64,000 bases of DNA from positions 12,221,694 through 12,285,693 of the forward strand of contig MU054323.1 in assembly GCA_013239625.1 (NCBI GenBank), in the 5' to 3' direction. Origin of the DNA: Lama guanicoe. Lineage: Eukaryota. The notes under the pieces are model-generated. The model was not told the DNA's origin. It searched no databases and saw only the letters and a list, made by a program, of their open reading frames with translations. The position numbers and the translations under genes are program-made. Shown here piece by piece: positions 52,501-64,000 of this stretch; position 1 is the first letter of the stretch, and the number at the start of each line of letters is the position of its first letter.

Positions 52501-53040
52501 TTTTGGCTCAATGTTTCTATGAACCTAAAACTTCTTTTTAAAAGTCTATTTTTAAAAATCAAATTAAATTTAAATTAAATTTCATAGGTACAGGTGATCT
52601 GACAAAAATCTAAACTAATTTCTTAAATATTTTTGCTCTACATAATAAATTATTCCATAATATTTAACAGTGAGAAGAAATAAACCTTTTTATTTACTCA
52701 CATATATGTGTGGGTCCAACTATCTGGGAAGTTTTTGTTATTTTTCCTTCCTGCTAGGAAAATTTTTTTGGATTATCTCACCTTTTGTCTGAAAAGCTGT
52801 TTATTTCAACTTCAATTTTAAGAAGTGTTTTCTTGGGTCAAAATTTTTAGGTTAGGTTTTTTGGTTATCGTTTCAGTGCTTTAAAGGCATTCGTTGTGTT
52901 ACAGCCTGCATAGTGCCTAGAAAGTCAGCTGTCATTCTTTTCTTTGTTTCTCTGTGCTTACTGTGTCTTTTCTTCCTCTGGTTTCAGATTTTCTTTGCAT
53001 CAATGATTTTCAGCAATTTGATTATAATGTCCCTTGCTGT
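49505..53040 (-). mobile_element. Old L1 (ORF1/ORF2) with nested insertions
   Basis: Antisense ORF2 motifs (cagtgttcatgagggatattgg, atttaccagtgaagtcacc) continuing to an ORF1-region remnant. Confidence 0.8.
50196..50572 (-). mobile_element. L1 3' end nested in an older L1
   Basis: attgagttatagttaacatacagt 3' end; TSD attg(a/g)ctgattctt at 50182-50195 and 50573-50586. Confidence 0.8.
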
Positions 53041-54804
53041 GGTTTCAGGCCATGATAATGGGAATGGCTATGCACATGGCAGGGACGGGATACACGGGAG
53101 CTCTGCACTTTTGGCTCAATCTTTCTATGAACCTAAAACTTCTCTTTAGAAGTCTATTTTTAAAAATCAAATTAGATTTAATTTCATAGGTACAGGTGAT
53201 TTGACAAAAACCTAATTTCTTAAACATCCCAACATGTTTCCTGTCCTTCTCAAAAAGAATATCCTACAAGTTTTGAAGACAGTTTTACAAAGTGCCAGAG
53301 TGCTGACAGGGGGTCGGCTACCCAAAAAGACACTGCCCCAAGGACACCAGCAGTCTGTGTATATGAATTTCTGGGAGGCTGGTAGAAGACAAAGGTCTCT
53401 TTAGTCGACAGCCATCTCATTTACTAAATGCCTACTGTTTGTATACTGTTTAAATTGTGTTGATATGCAGATTTTATTTCAAACAGTAATTTCTATAATG
53501 AGATCTGCCCTGTAATATAGCCTCAAATTGGCTGAATATTACAAGGCTTCGCATCATTTTCAACAACTAAGTATATAATATACACATAATGCTTATCAAA
53601 AGCTTTTACCAAAAAAGAAGATTTTAAATGTTATGTGACATTTTAAAAGAAATTGTAAGAGTATTGCCAAGAAAGAAAAGCTGTTTAAGAACACTGTTAT
53701 TTAAAAAGCACAGCTAACAGTTTTAAAATGACATTACTTTCCTGAGAATCAGAACTGCAGATGTCTTGATTTCTGTGCCAGATTAAAGAATATCAATTCA
53801 TTACCAAAAAGTAAAACTGAAGGACTTTAATACAAACATCTCTTTTAAATTTTAATGAGGTAAAAGTTAAGATTTTTCTATATCAAAATCACTAACTCAG
53901 ATTTCCCCAAACTTCAAAGTGGTTCTAAGGGATTCTGTTCAAGGAAAAAAACAAAGCAAAACACTTTAAACTTTTGCATTTTCAAAAACTGTATTTTTAC
54001 ATCACTTACCAATTTCCACTGAAATGTCTAGAGTTTCACACACATAATCTCTAGTATTTGAATAATTTGTATTACATTACATGGCCTAAAGGCCATCTGC
54101 CAAGTTAAAATCTATCCTGCTTATAGAAGTGAACTTAAGGTAAAGCAATGGTTCAAAAACTCTTCTTTTGAGGTATATTCTTTCATGCTTTCCTCCCATT
54201 CCACACCCACAACATACACCACACTAAAGGGCTTGTGGTATTACCCTTAATAATGAATTCTACAATCTCACCGGGAGCTAATCTTTGCAACTCCCTGGGC
54301 AGAATCTCACCTAAACCATTCTTGATGAAGTTACATCCCCTCTTCTTCACCAAAACTTCCCATGACTGTGTGCTCAGCTCCTAAAGCTGCACAAGTTAGA
54401 TTTTCCTAATTCTTCCTCCAAATCCTATTTCCTCAAATCATCATTCATGTGTGCCGCTTACTCTTAATGTTTTTCTCCTTTTTTCATGTATGGAGTCTAA
54501 AATCAAGCACAAAACTCTTACAAACTTTTAAACAATATGGAAGGACTCTGCAAAACACTGTTAGGATGGACATTTTTCTCCCATTGTACATATGATGCTG
54601 TAAGTGGATGGCAATAAGCAGTTTCTATTTCCAAGAGTTACTTATTGCTCCTCTTTTTGAAAACTCAGTGGTGTTCATGAAACACAGTATATCACAGAGA
54701 TGACCATGCCACCATTAGTTTGTCATTAGTTTAGTGAATGCTCTTGGTCAACCAGTCTAGAGAACCAATTCATCAAAAAATAGTATTTAAAAATCAATGA
54801 GAGG

Positions 54805-57530
54805 TAATTCAAAATCCTGAACTTACTCCCTCCCATGAATACACTGAATCCATAGCTACATAAGGAACAATTTCCTCTGAAAAAGACCAAAAACAAACAA
54901 ACAAACAAAACAACAACAACAACAAAAAAAACCCCAAACTAGCTAAGCAATTCCTTTACAACAGGTAAACAAGAAAAAGGCCACATGGACATGGGCAGGA
55001 GACACTGAGACCCAGTGTAACAATAAAACCCATCCCCAAAGCAGCAACCCACAACTAGGGAGGAATTCACAAGCCCAGAGCTTCTCCCTGAAGAGTGAAG
55101 GGTTCATATTCTACACAGGGAACCCAAACTTTTAAAACCTGTACGTGAGAGACAAACCCCCAAAACATCTAGCTTTGGGAACCAGTGGAGCTCCATTCAC
55201 AAAACCAAAGGGCTGTAGCAAACTGAGAAGTGGCTCTTACTTGGTCCACATGCAGACTCACTCACTCCTCCCAAGGCCCGGAGCAGAAACAGCCTTTTAA
55301 AAGGGCCAGCCTTCATGCGGTCATTTTAAAGCACTGGCTGTAGGGGAGGGGCCTGCTGGGAAACTCAGCTGGACAGAGGCTGGCAAGCACCACCTTCGCG
55401 CTCTCCCTCTGCCACGCTCCACAGCACCAGCATCTCCAGGGGTACCCATCTAGTGCCCTAGTTTTTGCAGCTGCTGCCCAGGGAATACCCTCTGGTCACC
55501 TGGCTCTGGTGGACAGAAGGGCTTGTATTCCTAGGTCCCTTGGGACTGAAACAATCAGAGAGACAGTTCTTAGTAGACTGCCACCCACAGGGCACTGAGA
55601 GGACAGCGGACTGAAAAACACACTCATCTTTCTGGGGAAGAGGCCTATTCACTTGTCCTAGAACTTTAGCCTGAGGGGCAAGCTTCTGGTTTAGCACACA
55701 TCTAGAGAATACAGAGGTGCTCTCAGGGAACAGAAGCCAGGGGATGCCATCTTTACACTCTCCCTCTGCCTTGCTACAGCTCACTGCTACCGCCCAGAAA
55801 GGAGCCACTTATACACTCATCTGGAGCACAGATTTGTGCAACTGTTGCCTAGAGGACACCTCCAGATTGCCTGGATCTGGTGGGCAACCAGGCTTATACT
55901 TGTGGTCCCACAGGACTTCATATGTTTACATATTTTAAAAGCTGCTGCATAAGGGTTTAGCTCCCAATCAGCCCGCATCTAGGTGTTAACTGAGATACTC
56001 CCCTTTGGGACACTGACTGGTCTTGGCATACCCTCATATATTGGGAGTTATTAAAAATAAAATAAGCTGCAGGAACTGTCACAAAGACTGGAGAGACAAG
56101 CAAGAGCTAAGGCAGGGTTGAATGATAAGGTTTATCTCCTAAATGAGGTCACTCCTTTAAGACTGGAAGAGGGGGTTGTTTTACCCAATGCATAGAAGCC
56201 AGCACAGAAATGAAACTTCATCACTATCTTACACCATACACAAAATTTAACTCAAAATGGATTAAAACTTAAAAGTAAGACCTGATACCATAAAACTCCT
56301 AGAAGAAAACACAAGTGTTCATTGACTTCAGTCTTAACAATGACTTTTTGGATCTGACTCCAAAAGCAATGCCAACAAAAGCAAAAATAAATAAGGTGGG
56401 CTACAACAAACTAAAAAACTTCTGCACAGCAAAGGAAATCAACAAAATGAAAAGGCAACCTAGTAAGTGGGAAAAAATATTTTCAAACCACATATCTAAT
56501 AAAGCAGCTAATAATCAAAATATATAAGGAACGCATACAACTTACTAGGAGAAAGGCAATCCAATTTAAAAATGGAATCTGAATAGACATTCTTCCAAAG
56601 AAGACATACACATGGCCAAGAGGTAAGTGACAAGATGTTCAACATCACTAATCATCAGGGAGATGTAAATCTAAACCACAATGAGGTTAACGAACATGAT
56701 TAATGAACCTCACGTTCGTTAGAATGGTTATTATCAAAAAGACAATAAAAAAGTGTTGGAGGAGACTTGGAGATAAGGGAACCCCTGTGCATTACTGAAG
56801 GGAATATGAACTGACACAGCCATTATGTAAACCTGTATAGAGGTTCCTCAAAAAATTAAAAATAGAACTACTATATGATCCAGCAATTTCACTTCTGGGT
56901 ATTTATCTAAAGAAAATGAAAACAGTAACTCAAAAAGATATGTGTACCTCCATGTTCAAAGCAGCATTATTTGCAATGATGAAGATATGGAAACAATGTA
57001 AGTGTCCATCAATGGATAAAGATATACATACACACGCACAATATTATTCAGTCATTTTGAAAAGTATAAAATATTGCCATTTGCAACAACATAGATAGAC
57101 TTTGAGGACATTATGCTAAGTGAAATAAGTCAGAGAAAGACAAATACCTTATGATCTCATTTATATGTGTAATCTAAAACAAAAAGCAAAACCAAGCTCA
57201 CAGATAAAAGAGAACAGATTGATGGTTGTCAGAAGCAGGCAATGTTGGGTGGGGAAATGAGTCAAAAGGCACAAAGTTCTAGATATAAAATAAGTAAGTC
57301 ATAGGGATGTAATATACAGCACAATGATTATAGTTAATAATATTGTATTGCAAAAAAAAACTACTGCATATTTAAAAGTTGTTAAGAGAGTAGATCTCAA
57401 ATGACCTCATTACAAGGGAAAAAATTGTAATTGTATGGTGACATGTTAACTAGACTTATTGTGGTAATCATTTTGCAATATACACTAATATAATTTTATA
57501 TGTCAATTATGCCTCAGTTTAAAAAAAAGA
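54805..57530 (+). mobile_element. Older L1: 5'UTR joined directly to late ORF2 and 3'UTR
   Basis: 5'UTR 54805-56208 homologous to 42611-43130; jump at ~56210 to cttacaccatacacaaaatttaactcaaaatgg; 3' end tgtcaattatgcctca plus A tail. Confidence 0.8.
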
Positions 57531-57699
57531 AAAATAATTACTCTTTCTTAGGTAAAGGGGGGAAAAGGCAATGGATGAAAAATGACAACAAAAAAGAAAA
57601 AGCTGTGTCCCTTCTGATGTCATGTGATATAAGAAACTCAGATTTAAGTGTTGTTTTAGGCTTGCAGAATTTATCCTAATATACACAAAGTAACCCCAT

Positions 57700-57780
57700 T
57701 CAAGAAGAAACTAAAAAGCCACTTTTATTAATGATTTTTGGAGATAAAGAAAACAATATATTTACATACATGTTTACAAA
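57700..57780 (-). terminator. Candidate cleavage/polyadenylation site of a minus-strand transcript
   Basis: AATAAA at 57729-57724, upstream UGUA repeats (tgtaaacatgtatgtaaata) and a downstream U/GU-rich tract. Confidence 0.5.
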
Positions 57781-60700
57781 CATTTGCATTAAATGATTTT
57801 TTCTTTCCTTTTAAAAGATTTTTTTCACTTGGAAAAGGATTAAAACATTATTTATCATAAGCAATGAAATCCAGCAACTTTACAAATGGTCATTTCTTCC
57901 CTTCACTCTTTTCCTTATATTCAGTACACTTAAGGGCTACCTAAATGAAGGACAACGAGCTCAAGCTGTATGACTAATGTTAAGACTGTTCTGTTAGGAG
58001 ATAATACTAGTTATAAGAGCTAATTAAGAATATGAAACGCAGTGATTGCATACTTACAGGGTCCTATTTTCCTTGATGTATTTCAACGAAGGAAGAGGGA
58101 GAAACGGAAAAGGAGAGAGTGAGAGGGTAAAAGGTCAAGAAGGAGGTTGCTGCTGGTGGGGTGTTTTCTTTGGGGAGGACCATAAAAAAGCACCCAAACC
58201 ACCACCTCCATGGGGGAACATGGCCAACACCATTCCTGCACGCACACATGGGGCTGCTGGGTATTATTATCTCCGGAGCTCCAGTCTTCATTAAAAAGTC
58301 ACGGCTAGAGATATAAAAGAATGAACAGATTACCTACTACTAACAGCCGCAATTTTTGAGCTACTTGAAAAAGTTTCTCCCGGGTAAAAGTGGCCTCTTC
58401 AGGACTATAAAAGTAGGCCGTTGTTGTTTTTAATATACAGGGGGAAATACAATAAAGAGGAAATGCGGATGGACACAGATCAGTATCTTTCATCTTCATA
58501 TCAGCATCTTTTTATCTTAGAGGCAATGTCTTTTTAAATGTGAGGAAATAATAAGCATTCTAGAATTAAACCAGTAATACTACTGAATTACTTGTGTCAA
58601 TTAACTACAAGGGGGTAGAGAAACAGATAAATCTTGGCATTTAATGCTTTAGTTCCCAAACACATAAAAAACAACTGAAACATACAGTATCCTCTTTTCT
58701 AGAAATAACCAATTTAGTTTGTCTTCAATAGAGTTTAGATTTTTTTAAAAATATTTTGACTATTCATATTGCTTTTTGTCTTGTATTTTCCATTTATAAA
58801 TCTCATTATCTTTATTTGAAAGACTATTATTCTTCAGTAAACATGACAAAATCCCCACGCTCAAAAATCTCAGTATTTCTATTTTGCTACACAACCCACC
58901 TGTTGCTTTCTTGAGGGTGTTCCTAGGCTGGTCTGCAAATGAGCACAAAACTTGATAAAGGTTTATTCTTTAAGAACATTAAGCGCTGCAAACTCTGTTA
59001 CAAGAGAGGGAAATAAAGTATATCCCCTTATCACAGTACTGTTCATCTTGAACAGAAAAGACTAAAATTTGGTGAAAATAACTCCACCTTCAAATATCTA
59101 GTTTTTTCTAAAATTATAGAGAAGGTAGTGGCAACGTACACACTTAAAAAGGGGGGAGAGAGGAGATAACAGGTTAGAAACTAATAAGAAAAGTAAAAGA
59201 TTCTAACCAGAAAGTGTTTTGTTATCATATAGCACTGCAGTTACTATAAAATTTCCGCTAAAATTTTTTTTCTAACTCATTTTATATCAAGAGTAACTCC
59301 AATTATATATAAGTTGGTCACAGAAACCTGAAGTTATTATGGACAGACATTACTTCAGTTAAAGAGGTAAAATTTCAAGGAAAAACAAGGGAACATGTAG
59401 TTATAATATAAAAGCTATTATCACACACTGAACTTTTTAAGTAATAAACTAGTAATGATTTAAATACTGCATATTTACCTAAATTTCTATTATCTAAAAA
59501 ATGTTTAATCTCCATCTTAAAAATAAGCATAAATGAAAGTGGAAATTTAAAACAACACTTCCTAATAATGCAGAATCTCTAAATTATATTTAAAATGTAA
59601 ATCACAATCAAGTAATTTTGAATCTACTATTAATTCTAATGTAAATACCTGAGTGGAAACTGATATCCTTTAGATAAATCAATCACAAACTCCAGGCAAA
59701 ACACCAGACCTAAATTTCAGCCTGTTTTGGTACTAACAGTTGGTTCAACTTTCCTCATTCAATAGCATAAACATTTAGTTAAAATTACTTTTGTTAACAG
59801 ATAATAAACGTGAAGATTTTCAAACAGCAAGAAATGTAAATCAAGTACTGCAAGGTACAATATTTTCCTGACACAGAAACAATTACAAGAACCAGAAATT
59901 ACAAAATTATCCCTGCCAACTACGGAGACAGTTTTAAAATAGAAATTTTAAAAATATTTTAACTGTTAAAGCATGCATCATTGTTTCATACAAGTTAATT
60001 GTCTCTGACAACTGTACCAAATAGAACTTTTAGGAATAGACTAATCCTGTATGATTAATCAAATTAACAAACATCCAGAAATAGAACATTGCTAAATACA
60101 AGTACTCAACATTAATGTAGACAGGGAGCACTTTTTAAACCTTAAAAAGGCTAGGTTGTACTTCAATACTTAGTACAGAGGTACTGCATAAAGTGGCCTA
60201 CTGGTGATGGTAAATACATAAACTTTTGAAAAGAGACAATTTTTCAAGCTTGTTTTATATCAATTTATCATGAGATTATTCACACCTAGCATAAGGAATC
60301 AACTTCTAGCAAAGACTTTAAAAAGATATTCCATATTTTTAATGTAATATTCCTTATAGAAAGTATTTAGTGCTCAGGAAAATCGGACACCCTTCTTGAC
60401 AAATTTAAAAAATCATCTCTGATTCTTACTCCTGATTTTCAATCTACCATACAGAAATATTTGAAATACCAAAAGCCTTGATTGGATCTGATAATAAAAT
60501 TAGGTAGCTGCTGGGATGTAACACATCTAAAAAGTAACTATATTAATTTTTTTGAAATAACAGAACTTATAGTTACAAATGAATAGTAACTTTAATAGAC
60601 TATAAGCTTATTCCAATATACCACTGCAGAGATTCTGAGGAGAGGGCTTCCACTTTAGAGTAGTCTGATGTGTCCCAGGAGAAAGTCAGACTTATTCCTT

Positions 60701-61884
60701 TGTAATTAACATGTTTTCCCCCAAGCCACATTATCCAATTTAACCACTCAGCTGACCTTTGAACATTTCTAACAGACAAATGCAAGCTCAAAGCTCAATA
60801 AATTCCCTGCCATATATTCAAAAGAACATGGTACCACAAGGCAACTACATTGAGGGAAAATATTCTGCATTCACTCTGGTATATGTGCTTAAAAAAATAC
60901 AGATGTTTAAAGCTGTTACTTTACAATAAGGATAACTAAGTAAAATATAATCTTTAAATGTTTTGTTTGTCCTATAAGAAGATATTTGTGCATGCTAATC
61001 TTAGGATGCCCTATAAACAGAACCATCAACTTGGTTAAATTCATGCATAAACCAAATCAACAGAGAATACATTTCAGACATGCAACACAATATTTACATG
61101 GGAAAAAAAGACTGATAATTAACATGTTCCTTAAATGAATACAAATTTTCCACATCATTTTAAAAAAACACATACAAATCAGTACTAACTTTTTTTAAAA
61201 AGGTATCAAAGAACTATAAAAGATATACTTACAATACACTGAACTTAATGTAGAGCTTATTCAATTAGACAACTCCGTATTTCTTAATCCTTAATAAGAG
61301 CACAAAAAGTTTTGACTTAATAAAGATCACAGAACAATCTCTGGGGAAATTAGCCACGAACTAAATTTACCCTTATAATCAATGTTAGGCAAGGCTAATC
61401 CTGGTTCCCAATTGTGAATAAGCAGGTCCTGATAAGAGATGAGAAAGTTGGATCCAAGCAGAAAATAATCTATAATTTTGGTCTATCAAATTCCATGTTA
61501 ATTCAATTTCTAACAAAATAGATAACCCACTGTGTCCTTCTAAAGCATTTGGATAATCAGGCTACAATTTTTTTTTTAGAAGAAAAGGACAAACAGATCT
61601 GGTAGAAAGATTTCCACGTAAGATATTTACCTTGAATTTTTACTTGATAGAAAGATTTCCACGTAAGATATTTACCTTGAATTTTTACTTAAGTGTTTTT
61701 TACCTTGAATCTTTATTATGAAATGAAAGTAAGGAAATTAAATTGAACATGGATGTGATTATGAGACTAAAAGAGTCAGTATATTAAAATACTTGTTTTA
61801 GATCTTGCCCCAAATAATTCTTAAAAAAAAAAAAAACCTTTATATCTAACAAGAACACAGGTAATGACTTATTTCCCTAATCAA

Positions 61885-62215
61885 ACATGTTTTAGTTTAT
61901 CCCAGAAACACATTCTGTGACCAGATTCAAAGACAAGAATTTCTTTTAGGAGGTAATGCCAGGAAACGCTGATAAAGGAATGGGAAGTGAGACAGAGAAG
62001 AAGAGGGGAAAAAATGAAGAATATATATTTAACAGTTTCCTGTTGTGGGCAATGAGCAGTCCTACTGGAAACTCCAGGAAACAGTATGAAACATGCCTCA
62101 GAGTATTACCAGAAGGGCAAGGAAACTGGAATAATTATCCCCAATTCCCATTTCACTGGTTGAGAGATGCTTCCAGGGCATTGTCTTCCTAGCATTTCCA
62201 ATCTGCCCTGTGAGC
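61885..62215 (-). mobile_element. Old ERVL-class LTR (LTR16/LTR33-like)
   Basis: cccagaaacacattctgtgac...ttttaggaggtaatgccaggaa...gggaagtgagacagagaag. Confidence 0.55.
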
Positions 62216-62624
62216 AGGTGAGGAAATCCAAGGCAGAGTCACTGGTGCTTCCAGGACAATTTAATGCAAGTGGTGAGAGTCAAGTGTCTGCTATAAAGTC
62301 TCACCATCAGAAAGTCTCACATACAAGTAACTTAAATTTCATTTCTGTCACTCTCTCATTACAAAGAAGCAGTGCATTTTGATGATGCTAGCAATAGAAC
62401 AGAACTGGGATGTCTAAAAGTAAACCTCTCAACAAAGCAATTAGAAGTCTCCTGAGTTATTAGGAGTAGTTTAATCCACCAAAAGAAATTTATTTTTGCC
62501 TAATTAATCAAAATAGATGTTTACATGAACGATTCCCATTTTTAATGAAATTGCAAAACCCCATTACTATTTGAATATGGTACCTCAAAGAGCCAGCACC
62601 AAATACAAAATACAGAATAGTAAC

Positions 62625-62860
62625 ATGATATAGCATTTATAACACACAGGACTGAAAATCAGAAGAACTGAATTCTTGTCCTAGCTCTTGATACTAACTA
62701 GCCATGCAGACTTCTATAGGTCATGTTATTTGCATGGGACTCACATTCTCCATCAGTAAAAATACAGTAGTAATGTCTGGCCTACTTATTGTTGAGATTA
62801 AGAGGAAAGAAAAAGTTGTGAAATATATTTTTTAAATTGAAAGTACAATATATTAAGTAA
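62625..62860 (+). mobile_element. MIR SINE
   Basis: ggactgaaaatcagaagaactgaattcttgtcctagctct...ctcacattctccatcagtaaaa. Confidence 0.65.
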
Positions 62861-63331
62861 TAAGGTGTTTCCACTATTGTCATAAAAAGTCAAAGGTGGA
62901 AAGGCCCTTAGGGGTCATACTATACAATTCTAACACACGTAAATAAGAAATAAACTCCACTTGAGGAAAGGGCAATGATTTGTTCCAGCAAACCAGTAGC
63001 AAGCCACTGACAAAGCTGAAAACAGATTCCAGTGGAAAGCTTCTAGCATCTCCAGAGTATCTTTCTACTTTGTTGTCTGGACATGTCATTGGGCAAACAG
63101 CTAAATAATATTTTAACTAATTGCTTTAAAAACTCTGTAACACTTTTAAATAACAGTAAATACCATAGGATATTGCAAAATATGAGCTAAGAATTGTGGG
63201 CCAATTGTTTCAAATTTACCAGATCCCTTACATTACCATTTATGCCGTTTGGCATTACACAGAGTCTAGGAATATTAAATTCTATAATCTTTTAAAATTA
63301 AATTGATTTCCATAATCAAAAACTGAAAATA

Positions 63332-63568
63332 GGGGGGTGGAGAGTGGGAAGGGATAGACTGGGATTTCAAAATTGTAGAATAGATAAACAAGATTACACT
63401 GTATACCACAGGGAAATATACACAAAATGTTATGATAACTCACAGAGAAAAAAATGTGACAATGAGTGTGTATATGTCCATGAATGACTGAAAAATTGTG
63501 CTGAAGACTGGAAAGAAGACTGGAGACACAACATTGTAACATGATTATAAATCAATAAAAAATGTTAA
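63332..63568 (+). mobile_element. Young L1 3'UTR, 5'-truncated insertion
   Basis: Same family 3'UTR; 14-bp TSD aaaaactgaaaata at 63318-63331 and 63569-63582. Confidence 0.9.
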
Positions 63569-64000
63569 AAAAACTGAAAATATAAAAAGCCAATTAAAAT
63601 TTGTTTCCTACTGAAAGATTTATGCTTTCCTGTCCTTTAAAAAACACTTCATAATGAAGATTGCCTTTTGTCCTTCTTGCTTTAAAATTCAATTTATCAG
63701 TTGAACAAATGCCAACTGAAGTCTATTATGTGCTAGATTCAAATGGATAAATTTTAAATGGAAATAAAAACTTCTTAGAAAAAAACTTCCATTTATAAAA
63801 TTGTTAAGGTAAAATATTTTTATTAAATCTAGTTCAAGGGCCTAAGTATTTACTTTAAAAGCTCACAAAATTCAGTCTGTCATTTATGTCATTCACATAT
63901 CATTCTAGTTTTGTCAGTTTTCATCTTGTTTGAATATTTTCTCCTTAAATGTATATAACATCACATTCAGTAAGTAATTCAGAGACTATTGTGGTCAGAA

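Noticed and set aside
1..64000. CRISPR arrays, operons or other prokaryotic systems
   Set aside because: Mammalian repeat content throughout; no repeat-spacer array or dense coding structure

Overview
Repeat-rich, AT-rich mammalian genomic DNA. It is most likely camelid (alpaca/camel), inferred from a Vic-1-like tRNA-derived SINE and a young lineage-specific LINE-1 family; species and family names come from my recollection of consensus sequences, not a database search. Roughly two thirds of the window is interspersed repeats: young and old L1, L2, MIR, MaLR/ERVL/ERV1 LTRs, Tigger1, MER5 and a MER53-like hAT element. I find no intact host protein-coding exon that I can name. The only ORFs whose products I recognise are disabled L1 ORF1/ORF2 pieces. 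The last ~6.3 kb is mostly unique and has a minus-strand poly(A)-site signature near 57.7 kb, consistent with the long 3'UTR of an unidentified gene entering from the right. The most notable observations are: a TSD-flanked young L1 that keeps its 5'UTR and ORF1 but lacks nearly all of ORF2; a U6/L1 chimeric retrocopy; an inversion splitting an MLT2 LTR; an L1 insertion associated with a host deletion; a templated ~155-bp insertion; many short tandem duplications; and a CTCF-motif pair. I see no evidence of a wholly new biological system.
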